Below are positions 51,901 to 63,639 of a stretch of 64,000 nt of DNA, in pieces. The translations under genes were made by a program, and so were the position numbers. The notes under the pieces are model-generated. The model did no database searches, was not told the DNA's origin, and worked only from the letters and a program-made list of their open reading frames with translations. How positions within the stretch are numbered: position 1 is the first letter of the stretch; each line of letters begins with the position of its first letter. The DNA comes from Ylistrum balloti (taxonomy: Eukaryota): assembly GCF_031769215.1 (NCBI RefSeq), contig NW_026782091.1, positions 62,001 to 126,000 of the forward strand. Reading direction: 5' to 3'.

Positions 51901-53245
51901 TATACCGGACTGATAATGTTGTGTTGTAAGTTGTGTTATGACTGATTGTAAATGTTGTAGGTTGTGTTATGATGGACTGATAATGTTGTAGATTGTGTTA
52001 TAACGGACTGATAATGTTGTAGGATGTGTTATACCGGACTGATAATGTTGTAGGTTGTGTTATACCGGACTGATAATGTTGTAAGTTGTGTTATGACTGA
52101 TTGTAAATGTTGTAGGTTGTGTTATGATGGACTGATAATGTTGTAGATTGTGTTATACCGGACTGATAATGTTGTAAGTTGTGTTATGACTGATTGTAAA
52201 TGTTGTAGGTTGTGTTATGATGGACTGATAATGTTGTAGATTGTGTTATACCGGACTGGTAATGTTGTAGGTTGTGTTATACCGGACTGATAATGTTGTA
52301 AGTTGTGTTATGACTGATTGTAAATGTTGTAGGTTGTGTTATGATGGACTGATAATGTTGTAGATTGTGTTATACCGGACTGATAATGTTGTAGGATGTG
52401 TTATACCGGACTGATAATGTTGTAAGTTGTGTTATGACTGATTGTAAATGTTGTAGGTTGTGTTATGATGGACTGATAATGTTGTAGATTGTGTTATACC
52501 GGACTGATAATGTTGTAGGTTGTGTTATACCGGACTGATAATGTTGTAGATTGTGTTATAACGGACTCATTATGATGTAGGTTGTGTTATGATGGACTGA
52601 TAATGTTGTAGATTGTGTTATGATGGACTGATAATGTTGTAGGTTGTGTTATACCGGACTCATTATGATGTAGGTTGTGTTATACCGGACCGATAATGTT
52701 GTAGATTGTGTTATAACGGACTATTTATGTTGTAGGTTGTGTTATGATGGACGGGACTATGATCAGAAAAGGGAAAACCGTCAGTAGGCCCTGTAATAAC
52801 TGCACCTGTGTCATTCCGAAACATAACAAAGTAAGTATTGTAGGAGTAGGGAGTGTAAGTAGAATCTATTATAATTACATACACGTACCTAAAGATAGGT
52901 AGTTACTTAGAAACCTCATTAGTATGTATCTAAAAAACGTTTTGCATGCTTAATACTATATTAGCACTTATTTTTTATATTCCTTTCTCGCATATATAAA
53001 TCACGGACCTAGATTTAAATATTAATTCCTTGGCAAAACCGTATTATTTTATCCTATTCGAGACATAACCAGAATTTACGTATCCAACAAACAGGTTTAC
53101 ATAAAATGCTTTTTTCTAGCGTATCACATGGTATTATGGTGAACTGTTTCAGACTTGTAACCATGAGCAGTATATTATTCCACGTTCTTTTCTCTTCCAG
53201 GCTACATGTTACAAAGTGTCAGAGTGCCAGACCAGCACAACTTAG
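48981..53245 (+). CDS. Small secreted cysteine-rich protein (112 aa, signal peptide, 13 Cys, VWC/pacifastin-like C-terminal module), 4 coding exons
   Basis: Exons 48981-49063 (GA|GTGAGT), 50078-50193 (GATCAG|, A|GTAAGT), 52736-52830 (TTGTAG|, |GTAAGT) and 53201-53245 (CTTCCAG|) join in phases 2, 1 and 0. Translation: MASITVFLFLMVAIVSTSMA-KRRRCQQDCDCRMSKGHRCVYRQERNGLFHCSLKPGSEKDGCFCLRSCVMMDGTMIRKGKTVSRPCNNCTCVIPKHNKATCYKVSECQTSTT*. An AATAAA lies near 53446. Confidence 0.85.
50362..52752 (+). repeat. 2.4-kb satellite of a 31-nt unit (about 75 copies) filling intron 2 of the cysteine-rich gene
   Basis: Unit GGACTGATAATGTTGTAG|GTTGTGTTAT(ACC/GAT). Variant blocks (..TAAGTTGTGTTATGACTGATTGTAAATG..) recur as higher-order repeats. 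The last unit is the real exon 3 acceptor and exon start. Confidence 0.95.
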
Positions 53246-53449
53246 TGGCGATCGGAGAAAGGTTTTTGACAAATGTATTAAAAGTGCTTGCACACAATAA
53301 ATTTTGTCTCTATTTATTAATGAGGGAGGCTTGTACAAACACTATGGCGCGTATAGCAGACATTCATGTATTGTGTTGTTGTGGCATAGTATTGTTTAGA
53401 ATTTACTGCTCATTATCAGTGATGAACGTCGTTTGAAAATATGAAAATA

Positions 53450-53748
53450 AAAAGGAATGGGTCCGACTATATCAGATGGGCTACCAACCGATGCCTATTC
53501 ACGGGCGCGATCCCACTACTGCTCGACACGGGGACTTTTGCCTGCTGTGTTTCCACCCTGGGCCGATTCGCCCCTCCTCAGACAACCTGGTGACACTGGG
53601 GTCCCCCGATGTCACCATATTGATACCGAGCTTAGCGCGGACGCCCGATCGACATAGTGCACTGACAAGCAGTGACCCCACCTTCAAATCATCCACCACA
53701 CCAAGCCTCCAGGTAGCTGGATTACAGGAGCACGCCACAACTCCCAGC
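53450..53748 (-). ncRNA. RN7SL: 7SL / signal recognition particle RNA (metazoan SRP RNA)
   Basis: The reverse strand reads GCTGGGAGTTGTGGCGTGCTCCTGTAATCCAGCTACCTGGAGGC (Alu domain)...GATCGGGCGTCCGCGCTAAGCTCGGTATCAATATGGTGAC...CACCAGGTTGTCTGAGGAGGGGCGAATCGGCCCAGGGTGGAAACACAGCAGGCAAAAGTCCCCGTG...CAGTAGTGGGATCGCGCCCGTGAATAG...TTTTT. It is about 299 nt, colinear with the human 7SL S domain (helix 8 GGAA loop, AGCAG) and ends in a Pol III T-run. Confidence 0.95.
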
Positions 53749-55289
53749 GATGGATTGATTAACAAATTAGGTATAAGTAGACGGTTTTGCAAAAGTCTCT
53801 GAAATATAGCATACTGAAAATAATTAGTCTATTTCTAATCACAATATCTTAGTGTGACACTGTTTTTCACACAGGCCTACAGGTTGGATAACAGACATGA
53901 CCCTGTTAACTTTAACTTGGTCGATGCACGACACTTCTGATACAGTTAGTAATATTCAGGTTATAAAGCTCTCATCAGCTAAAGGGGAGCAACTCTTATT
54001 CCAGATATGAGAAATCAAATTAAAACTTAAACCACACCAACTCACGAACTTGAGATCCACGTTATTGATGGTACAGTTGAATGTTAATCAATAAATTCAG
54101 CGATGTTAATTCACATCACAAGAACGTGTATCATGGCGGTGATCTGTTTGAAGGAGGCGCATTTATCCCGACAGTCTATCTGCATGCGTGGGAGATCTGT
54201 ACAAGGTACATGCCAGTTTTTTTTTCCTGATTGCATAAATATCTACATTATTAAGAAAAAATATATTTCCATAAATACTTACACCATCCGTTATTAGTTC
54301 TAATAACCCTGATCGTTTTTTTACCACAGGACATTCATAATAAATTAATGTTCGTTATTAATTATCCACAAATCATTGTTAAATATTCATAACTTGATAT
54401 TCGAATATCAATAATATATTTGTAAATACATATAATTAATTTAGGGATGTGTGTGGCCTTTCATAGGCTTTGCTTGTTGCCCAATCCTCTTTGTTTTGAA
54501 GGTAATTACAATAAGCTTTTCTGAAAGGAAACATATCCGTAATTGAGCTATGAATATTCAAATCCATACACGGCGACTTTTTTCACACATTGGCTTGCAT
54601 TATGATGTAATATGTGAAAGCGCACCGATATTTGCTGAATATTGCTATAGTTTTCATAGATGATGCATTAACAAACTCAATTCAACGTATTACGCCGAAA
54701 TATCGTATAGCAGAACGCGGAAAAGGTTTTATATTTGTGTTATTTCATATTTGACTCAAAACAATCGACATTTCGAATTTAACCATGCTAGATTGTGATT
54801 TTTACAAGTTGAAAAATTACAAACGACTTTTCATTCGTTTTCCACAAGAATACCGACAGCTCCTCTCAATGTAGATTAAAATTGATATGTTTGTTTCGCA
54901 TATTTCTATTTTTCATGGCGACTGAAAGCTGTGTTACCTACAAGTTGGTATAAAAAAACTACATCGAAATTTTTGGAGAGAATTTTCTTTTAATTAAACT
55001 ATATAAATGTAGAAACTTTATTGGAGCACATGCCAATAATTAACTCATAAAAGACACCCACTTCATCTATACATTTTCTGTGTTTGTATACAGTAATTCT
55101 TGAATCAATGAAGACAGCATTAAACAAGGGTGGGACACTCAACCTAACAATGCTGAACGTATCAACATCGTATATTGTACGTAAGACATGTTATAGATAT
55201 GTTTCTGAAAGCTTACATTAAACACAGATAATATCCACTTCCGGTAATTAAAATAATTTAAATCTTTTCGCACACTCCAATACATTGCC

Positions 55290-55422
55290 CCTCTATCGTC
55301 ACGTATATTGACCTTTGGTGTATTTTCGGTTTGCAGTGTAAAATCACGTGCAATGTGACGCTACAAACGAAGATCCGTAACGTGTTCCATTCATATATCG
55401 TGTACGATTTCTGCTGTAAACG
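55290..55422 (+). promoter_or_regulatory. Probable promoter and non-coding first exon of the LDAF1-like gene
   Basis: CpG-richer patch with ATCACGTG (E-box, about 55343-55350) and a consensus donor CG|GTGAGT at 55422/55423. An acceptor TTCACAG at 57568 precedes the ATG. Confidence 0.45.
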
Positions 55423-56334
55423 GTGAGTTTTCTACAAATTTCTCTTTAGAATACGAGTATCCGAGCAGGTTATCAATTCGCTAACGAAGAAAGCTGTGGT
55501 AAATTACCGGTAGATAATACACGTACTGCTGTTTACTTCAGTATATACAAGTGAAAGTTGAAACACAAAAACCTGTAGCTGGTCACAGTATTACATACAC
55601 GAGACCACAGAGAAACCATATAACGTATATATTTACATTATACGTATAAGAAATGTTTTGTTGTTGTTTTAATATTACAATGTCGGTCATGTACATTCAA
55701 CTTCCTGTTTCATTATTGTTGAGCCAAAGAAGAATTCTGATTGGTTCGAAGTTACAGACAGGAACGCGAATATTTCTATTTATAAAAAAATCGTCAAATA
55801 TTTTTATCATTCAAGCGATATGAAAATTGATAAACTATTAATAACACAGATAAACAATAATGATAATAAACCCTTTACATATCATCTGTGTATAATTACG
55901 GACTTGGATTTCTAACTTAGACCGTAGTATAACATTATAAAAGAAAGAAATTCGTTCTTCAGGTACTGACTGGGACGTGGGTAGGTAACCTTTTGTTGAC
56001 AAAACTCTTGTAACGAAATATATCTGAATTTCTAAATATAATGTAATTAATGAATGCAAGTGATATAGTGGAATAGAGATGTAATATTGTCATCGGAATT
56101 TACAGGTTTCGCTTTTATAACTCTGTCTTATCGACCACCTTTATTTAACATACACCCATCTGTAAATGCAATGCCTATATGACACGCACTTTTCTATAAG
56201 GAACTTCTTTAAACTTGTCTATAAAGGCCTCCTATATATGACAAAACCCCGTTTTTTAAGGTCACCTGATACAGCAAAAATTGGTCTATAGAGGTCATCT
56301 TTATAACAAAGCCTGCTTATAAAGGTAATAACAA

Positions 56335-56935
56335 AACACCAGTCTATAAAGACCACCTCTATAGAAGAAACACCTGTCTGTAAAGACCATCTCTATAGAA
56401 CAAACACCTGTCTATAAAGACCACCTCTATAGAAGAAACACCTGTCTATAAAGACCACCTCTATAGAACAAACATCTGTCTATAAAGACCATCTATAGAA
56501 CAAACATCTGTCTATACAGACCACATCTATAAAGCAAACACCTGTCAATAAAGACAACATCTATAGAACAAACATCTGTCTATAAAGACCACATCTTTAG
56601 AACAAACATCTGTGTATAAAGACCACATCTACAAAGCAAACACCTGTCAATAAAGACATCTATAGAACAAACATCTGTCTATAAAGACCACATCTATAGA
56701 ACAAACACCTGTCTGTAAAGACCACCTCTATAGAACAAACACCTGTCAATAAAGACCACATCTATAGAACAAACACCTATCAATAAAGACCACATCTATA
56801 GAACAAACACCTGTCTATACAGACCACCTCTATAGAACAAGCACCTGTATATAAAGACCTCATCTATAGAACAAACACCTGTCTATAAAGACCACATCTA
56901 TAGAACAAACACCTGTCTATAAATGCCATCTCTAC
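56335..56935. repeat. About 34-nt minisatellite, about 18 copies
   Basis: Unit AAAGACCACCTCTATAGAACAAACACCTGTCTAT with shorter variants. Confidence 0.92.
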
Positions 56936-57578
56936 ACGACATTCAGTTCTCAATGTAATGCAATTAATAGAACTTGAACCTCTATATGAAAGTCAACTGC
57001 CTATAGAGGACGCCTAAATGGGCTTTGTAGACAGGATTGACTTTTATTTTCGAAGATGCTGAAAAGTGTGGTTTGATTTCATAATGCCATTTCAAATACG
57101 GTTAATTTAAGTTAATATTCTCATTTTTGCGCACATCAAAAATTGACAACACATAGTGTGCTGATGTCCGTTCACTCGTTTGCAGTTAAAGTCCATGTAT
57201 CACAGTTGGTTGATTTCCCATCACAGTATTCAACCGACCTATTTCAAACTCGGAAGGTTTAATTCCCATGGCACGGAGTTGTAGTTTCTTAAAGCATCGA
57301 TACCACTCTCAGTTTTCAACGATCTCCTTCAGACTTGGAAGGACATGTTGCTCTGAAATGGAACTCTGTTTTCCTGAGCTGCATTAATTTTCAACGATTT
57401 TTGAAAAAAGTTGTTGCCCTTTATTAATATCAGCATTTTAATCTTGTCCAACGATTTATAATTGCATGTAAAATAACAATTTAACTTGACACAAGGTTTG
57501 GGAAGTTATTGTCCTTCATTCTCTTAAAACCAAGACGAAGAATACCGTAAACACCTGTCTGTTCACAGATTCTTCATC

Positions 57579-59952
57579 ATGGGAGGAACAACTGTAGGTG
57601 CCGACTCGTCAGATACACAAGACAGTGTAGGGTTCCTTCAAACCATCAATGATTATCTCAATCTGCAAGGGAAGATGGCAACCATTCAACAATGTATTTC
57701 AGATCACCCAATCATCACTCTGTTCCTGGTGGTTACCATGGTGATGTGCAGTGTGCCGTTGTTTTGCTTCTTAGTTTTTGTATTTGCTGCTACCACGTTT
57801 GGTTTCACTGGATTCGTTATATTTGAAGGTAAAGTCAGAGGTCAAACGTTCTATAATAAACATAATATTAATTAAAAAGTATTTCCGGCCACCCATCATC
57901 TTTAACAAAACTCTTAGACTCTTTTACATAACCTACTGACTGTCATGGCAAAATTGAAGGTTCCGCGTGCGACACCTTGTGGACCAGACAAGAAGACTAG
58001 TTTGATCCTTTAATGTACATCAATCGAATCGCGAGGTCGCATAATGGTACATTTAATGGCTTTGAAGTTGGGTGTCGCTCCCTTGTAATTTTCAAAAAGA
58101 GCGTATTAGCTTGTGATTGGTCAGTTTTTTCCATGGAGCCAATCAAATTACTTCGCTTGTGCCTTTAATTTTGCCATAACATGTCCTAGGGTTGCACACA
58201 GGCACTCGAGGCCAGGATATTATTTTTTAAACATTGATTTTTGTTTTAGCACTTATGACTGACGTTATTTAAACGAAATATCAGCAGAATTCAAGTTTAT
58301 GTGCCGGTTGACAAATCCGAGGTCCACGGTCATTAAAAATACACAAGGCAAGCAACTCCAGATTTTAAAAAATCGACCCCTCGCTTGGAAACTGGCTCAA
58401 AAAAAGTAGTTATGATAAGTTCCTTGTAAAACAATATGTATCCGTAGGTAGTGTGTATATTTACCTTTTATTTGGTGCATAACATTACAGGCAACGAGAA
58501 ATTCACAATACGTACATGAGATTAACATCTCAATAATCGGAGATTTTATCGTCCATGTAATTATCTTTGACGGAAGTAACATGCCATTTCAAGGGCGGTC
58601 ACTCCGACTTTTTGGGAGAGGAGTTCCGGATAGCACTATACCAGTGAACAGGTAAGAAAGGTTCCGATGTCATTACGCGCGTAACTTCAAAATAAAAAAA
58701 AATAGAAAAAAAATCATTTAATTTCCAATTTCTAAGTTAATATATTTCCCCCACGATATTTTTCATAAATTGCGCCTTTTTTTCATTATCTGCATGATTT
58801 TTTTTCTATTTTTTTTTTGAAAAAAAATTCTCATTACGGCCAGCTTGATTGAAAGTTGATGCATTCTGTATAATCCCTTACCATGATATTGTATCCGAGT
58901 TGGCAACTGTGGACTTTCTTTGCCCAGCCATTATTTTTCCATCCCCGCAATTGTATTTGTAGAAATAAAAATATCTATTTTGAAGTTACGCGCGAAATGA
59001 CATCGGAACCTTTCTTACCTGTTCACTGGTATAGTGCTATCTGGAACTCCTCTCCCAAAAAGTCGGAGTGACCGCCCTTGAAATGGCATGTTACTTCCGT
59101 CAAAGATAATTACATGGACGATAAAATCTCCGATTATTGAGATGTTAATCTCATGTACGTATTGTGAATTTCTCGTTGCCTGTAATGTTATGCACCAAAT
59201 AAAAGGTAAATATACACACTACCTACGGATATATATTGTTTTACAAGGAACTTATCATAACTACTTTTTTTGAGCCAGTTTCCAAGCGAGGGGTCGATTT
59301 TTTAAAATCTGGAGTTGCTTGCCTTGTGTATTTTTAATGACCGTGGACCTCGGATTTGTCAACCGGCACATAAACTTGAATTCTGCTGATATTTCGTTTA
59401 AATAACGTCAGTCATGAGTGCTAAAACAAAAATCAATGTTTAAAAAATAATATCCTGGCCTCGAGTGCCTGTGGGGTTGCAGAGAGCGAAAGTGATCGTT
59501 ATCCCTGGAATATCGATGATGAGTTTAACTGCGTTGAATGTGATTTTGTTCTCTATTTTCAGAAATATAGATAGCTGGTGTTTTTAAAGATTTTGTGAAA
59601 CATTACCGCATTGTACAATACTTCTTGGCGATGAATGATTGAAGCAGTGCCAATATTGCCGGCGTACAAAATAAACGCAATTTGTATATGTTATGATTAT
59701 TATGGGCTGTGGCATTACTAGGCCTGTTTTGTATTTGAAGGAGTGGTCCTGATGCTATCCTCTCTCGTATTGGTTGGATCCCTTATCCTGGTGGGTTTCC
59801 TCTCGGTCGGACTCTCCAGCTTCATTGTTATCGGATACTACTCCATTCGGTTTTCCTGGGACATGGCTAATCACGTCTCAACGAGAGTCCCTCTTCCGGA
59901 ATTCGTTTCATCCAGACTACCAGACGGGACCAGATCGGATAAAGACATGTGA
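57579..59952 (+). CDS. LDAF1: Lipid droplet assembly factor 1 / promethin (TMEM159)-like, about 153 aa
   Basis: Exons 57579-57828 and 59741-59952 join in phase 1 (FE|GVVL). The sequence SDHPIITLFLVVTMVMCSVPLFCFLVFV...GFVIFEGVVLMLSSLVLVGSL...GFLSVGLSSFIVIGY aligns with the long hydrophobic promethin core (DSHPFLAFTLLVFIVMSAVPVGFFL...ILEGLVI). Confidence 0.8.
57941..58181. mobile_element. 241-nt MITE-like element with 20-nt TIRs (TGT...ACA termini)
   Basis: TGTCATGGCAAAATTGAAGG (57941) pairs with CCTTTAATTTTGCCATAACA (58162-58181) at 18 of 20 positions. No clear TSD. Confidence 0.55.
58197..59473. mobile_element. Non-autonomous foldback DNA transposon (about 500-bp TIRs, 8-bp TSD), probably P superfamily
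   Basis: Arms 58197-58694 and 58976-59473 are near-perfect inverted repeats (about 3 mismatches seen) around a spacer of about 280 nt. The TSD GGGTTGCA occurs at 58189-58196 and 59474-59481. CACAG termini fit the P-superfamily CANRG consensus with a 7-8 bp TSD. No transposase ORF. Confidence 0.9.
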
Positions 59953-61070
59953 AGGGCGTGTTCGGAATATTCCAACACATAGTGCGGGTCGTCATCACTT
60001 TCACAGGACACTAAAATTGGTAACAGTATTTCTATCAATGATGTACAACATATGAAATTATGAGGGATTTTAATGACCCATTTTAAATACACTTACCACA
60101 ATTGTGGTTCAGAATACATAGTTATTATATAAGTGTACCCATAGGTTGTATTGCTTAAGTCCCAAACCTGATGGACTATTCATAAATTGCGAAGTCCCAG
60201 TTCCATGGGTCATACATATGATATACATAGAATGCACAAGTTCTCAAACACACGAGTCGTTTTATATATAATAAAAATACATGTATGTGCATGTATACAA
60301 CCCTGTTTATCAACATTGTATGAAGCGTGGCCTCAGTTGCTTAAATGTTTATCATTTGTTGGTGAAAAATTCAAATTGCTGACTATGAACAATCTGCCAA
60401 ATGCGAAATTAACACCCAAAATATATTAATCCGACCTGTCCCAACAAGCATGCAGTTGTGAGATGAAAAAAATGTGTTTCCAATTTTGTTTAATTCATTT
60501 TTGAAAATTTTCACTGATCACTAGTTATCTTTAAACAGCCTTTAAACAACAGAGAAGACCAGATAGTCACTTCCGATTTGTATTGGTCAAATATACATAA
60601 ATATTTTATGTTCAAATAAGTTGCTTTTGGCAACACCTGTGTATACTTTGACAAGATCACCTGGTATGTTGTTTATCTTGCTTATGAATCTCCCATATTT
60701 ATGCCAGACACATTACTTACTATATAGATGATCTTGTGAATTAGTTTTAACAATAATTCAAGGTACCACTTGTGCATGTATATTTATCAAAGAATTTTAG
60801 AATAATTGGAGATTATGAGATCAAAGGTTCATACTATAATTTCAGTTCAATGTTCATGTATTTATTGTATCATGTAATAATTTGTCTTTGTCAATATAAC
60901 ATAAAATGTTTTAACCGTGTTGAAGTTTGAAGAATAAATATTCCAAATGGATTTCTTGTTGCCTAATATTTAACTCATCTGGCCGACCAGTTTGTTGCGG
61001 CGTCCGTCGTTCACCAAAGAGCATAAATATAATATATTTATATAATATAAAATATAGTAAAAAATAAAAG

Positions 61071-61320
61071 GGTGGTCGGGTGGTGCAGTGGTAACGCACT
61101 CACCTTTCACCTAGCCGTCCAGGGTTCGATTCCCGGAATGGATGTGAAAAAGTATGGGGGTCACCTGCCCTACTACTTGGGTTTTCCCCGGGTACTCCGG
61201 TTTCCTCCCACACTAAGACCCCTCGCGCGCTTCCATTCGAGCCAACAAGAGTGATTCATATAAGTTGGAAAAAGTTGCTTCGCAATTGTTGTAAAATAAA
61301 TAAAGTTTATTATTATTATA
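61071..61320 (+). mobile_element. tRNA-derived SINE with a V-domain-like core
   Basis: A-box TGGTGCAGTGG (61081), B-box GGTTCGATTCC (61123), then the conserved SINE core GGGTTTTCCCCGGGTACTCCGGTTTCCTCCCAC and an AT-rich (TTA)n tail. No tRNA acceptor stem closes. Confidence 0.8.
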
Positions 61321-63579
61321 AGAAAGAGGCACGTGATCATGATATGGGGGCCAATAGCATCCTGGCATAAAGTTTGTTCAGATGAAATATCTCGACTAAC
61401 TTTCAAGGTCTACAAGGTCAAATGTTTTAAAGTATTTAAATGACTTTCAATCATGGACAATAAACATTTTTCATCAAATGACATGATCAAATGATAACAC
61501 TTTCTGACAGTCAAAATTGGTGCTTATTAAGTTGCTGGCACCGCCTTCAAGAACAATGGAGTTAACTCATTTGAACAAAGTGTAAAAAAAAACACAATTC
61601 GTGGAATCAGGGTGATACATTGGTTTATTGATCTGATTTAATTCTCGTCGCCGACGCTAGCGTCTATACATCTAAGCCTATATCATCATTGTGCTTTGAT
61701 AGGTCTATTTATACACGAGGTATCATAACGCAGCCACACTATATACCAGGCACAAATCATTCTTACACTCACTCATTCACAAAAAAAAACTAAAAAAAAA
61801 AAAAAAAAAAAATTAGAATTTGCTTCAAAATACTTAATAAAATTTAGATTCCAGACAAAAGCAAATTGAAAACAAATATATATTTATTCCTCTTTAAATT
61901 TTTTGCCTGTATGTACAAATGAAAATAGAATTATATATTGTTTAAAATGAGTATTTGGTTTCAGTCCATATATTTAGAACTTAAAAAGAAAAATGTGTCG
62001 TACAGATGTATTATTAATGCCACTTGAACGTTCACCGTCATGATATTGAAAAAAGTGTGAAAAATGGCATATTGATGTCAGGCAGCAAAAAACATTACGT
62101 TATTTTGATATCATAATAAGATTAAACAATCGACCATTATATATAGTTTTATAACCAGGACACTCTTTTCCGTGTCTGCGGTTATAAAAATGAAAAAATA
62201 ATAAAAACTGAATTAGATCCCATAATCATTAACATAACAGTGAATCAAAAAACTGATTGGTGATTTACACTTGACAACAATCATGAAATTTTTATCATGG
62301 AGATGACACTCCCAAAAAAAAAGCATCCCTTTTCCATATTGGTACAGAAGTGACCTTTGTGCATTTTTTGTAACATTAGGTTTGTGCATATTTTATGGTA
62401 AGAATCCTTTCTGTTGATCTGTGTATTATTTTGTGTCGGCTGATTTCAAAATGCTTAAAAATCTAATATTCATGCCTGCAGTCAACAATTGGCTTAAAAC
62501 CCATGGAAATTTCAACGCTGCATTGAATCATTTAACCTGTTTGATCCATCAACCTTGGAGATAGGACATTAATTAGACTCACTTTAATCACACACTGATA
62601 GATTCTCACAGATGAGGTTTATAAAATAATTGCAATGAACAGATAGGTTAGTTATTATAAACAAAATCTCTTAGTATTGTTAAGATATTTAGAATGTACT
62701 TACTTTTAGTAGTATAAAACAAATGTCAACGAGTTAATAATGCTTACTTTGAGTTCCCCTCCAATCTACTTTGTACTCGTATATCATAGCTGACCAAGAT
62801 TTTGATCAACACAAAAATTCCTTTTGTAGTAAAGAGTGCCACATTCAATCAGATAAAATACACATTTTTCCTAAAATGTAGTAAAAACAATAGAAGCACT
62901 GGATATAACATCCGATTTAAAAAAAATGCATTTTGAGTACAATCACATCCCTCATTATGAAAATAGAAAAAAAAAAAATATAGACTACTTTCTACCTCAA
63001 GAGGATCGACTGATTTTACACCATGATTTTGAACAGTTTTTGTATTTGAGACACAACCTTGTTACAAACATACCCAAAAATAAGTAAGTGAATTTTGTAT
63101 TTTTCTCAACTTCTGATATTACACTGTTTTTCAAGTTTTATTATACCACATGCATAATACAATAATAGATAGAAACATGACATCACATCGAAGTTTATAA
63201 TATGGAAGATGTATTGCACCAAAATATGATCTGAACCTCATACATATCTGTTCATAGATACATGAAGCATCCAGTATTACTGGTAATAACATAGATTGTG
63301 TAGTTATATTTTAGTGTGGTGGATATGTATATAGAATAAGTATATTACTGGCAGATGGGGAAATAAGATATTAAACAACACTATATATATATATAGTATA
63401 TACATGTATTAACATACATATTTTTATTAAGCAACTCTGGTCGTGAAAAAACCAGATTGAATACAATAAGAATTCCACAATTACTTCAATTCAATATAGA
63501 GATAAATGTACATGAAAACAATGAATGCTTCATGAACATTTTTTCATCTAGCTGAAAATTTGATAATCTTCTTTTCCAG

Positions 63580-63639
63580 ACGAAGCGCAAGGAAATTACA
63601 CACCAGAAATAGAAACATCTTTCAAGCTGAACTCTGATG
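63580..63639 (+). CDS. Candidate internal micro-exon of a gene running off the window
   Basis: Polypyrimidine tract plus TTCCAG|, 60 nt open in phase 1-1 ((D)EAQGNYTPEIETSFKLNSD), and donor G|GTAAAA. A second candidate lies at 63795-63826 (ENQKQFFWGL|GTAAG). Confidence 0.3.

Noticed and set aside
50362-52752. CRISPR-like array (regular about 31-nt repeats; also 47853-48405 and 56335-56935)
   Set aside because: The units are contiguous with no unique spacers, there are no cas genes, and the context is a spliced eukaryotic genome. These are satellites.
53450-53748. Alu element or human contamination; ORFs 53457, 53476 and 53499
   Set aside because: The Alu-like 5' part continues into a complete S domain and diverges from human 7SL, so it is the native SRP RNA gene. 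The overlapping ORFs arise from its high GC content.
58397-59273. Two near-identical 61-aa ORFs on opposite strands
   Set aside because: They are mirror images from the transposon TIRs, with no transposase or other domain features.
61071-61145. Functional tRNA gene
   Set aside because: It has A and B boxes but no closing acceptor stem, and it runs directly into a SINE core and AT-rich tail.
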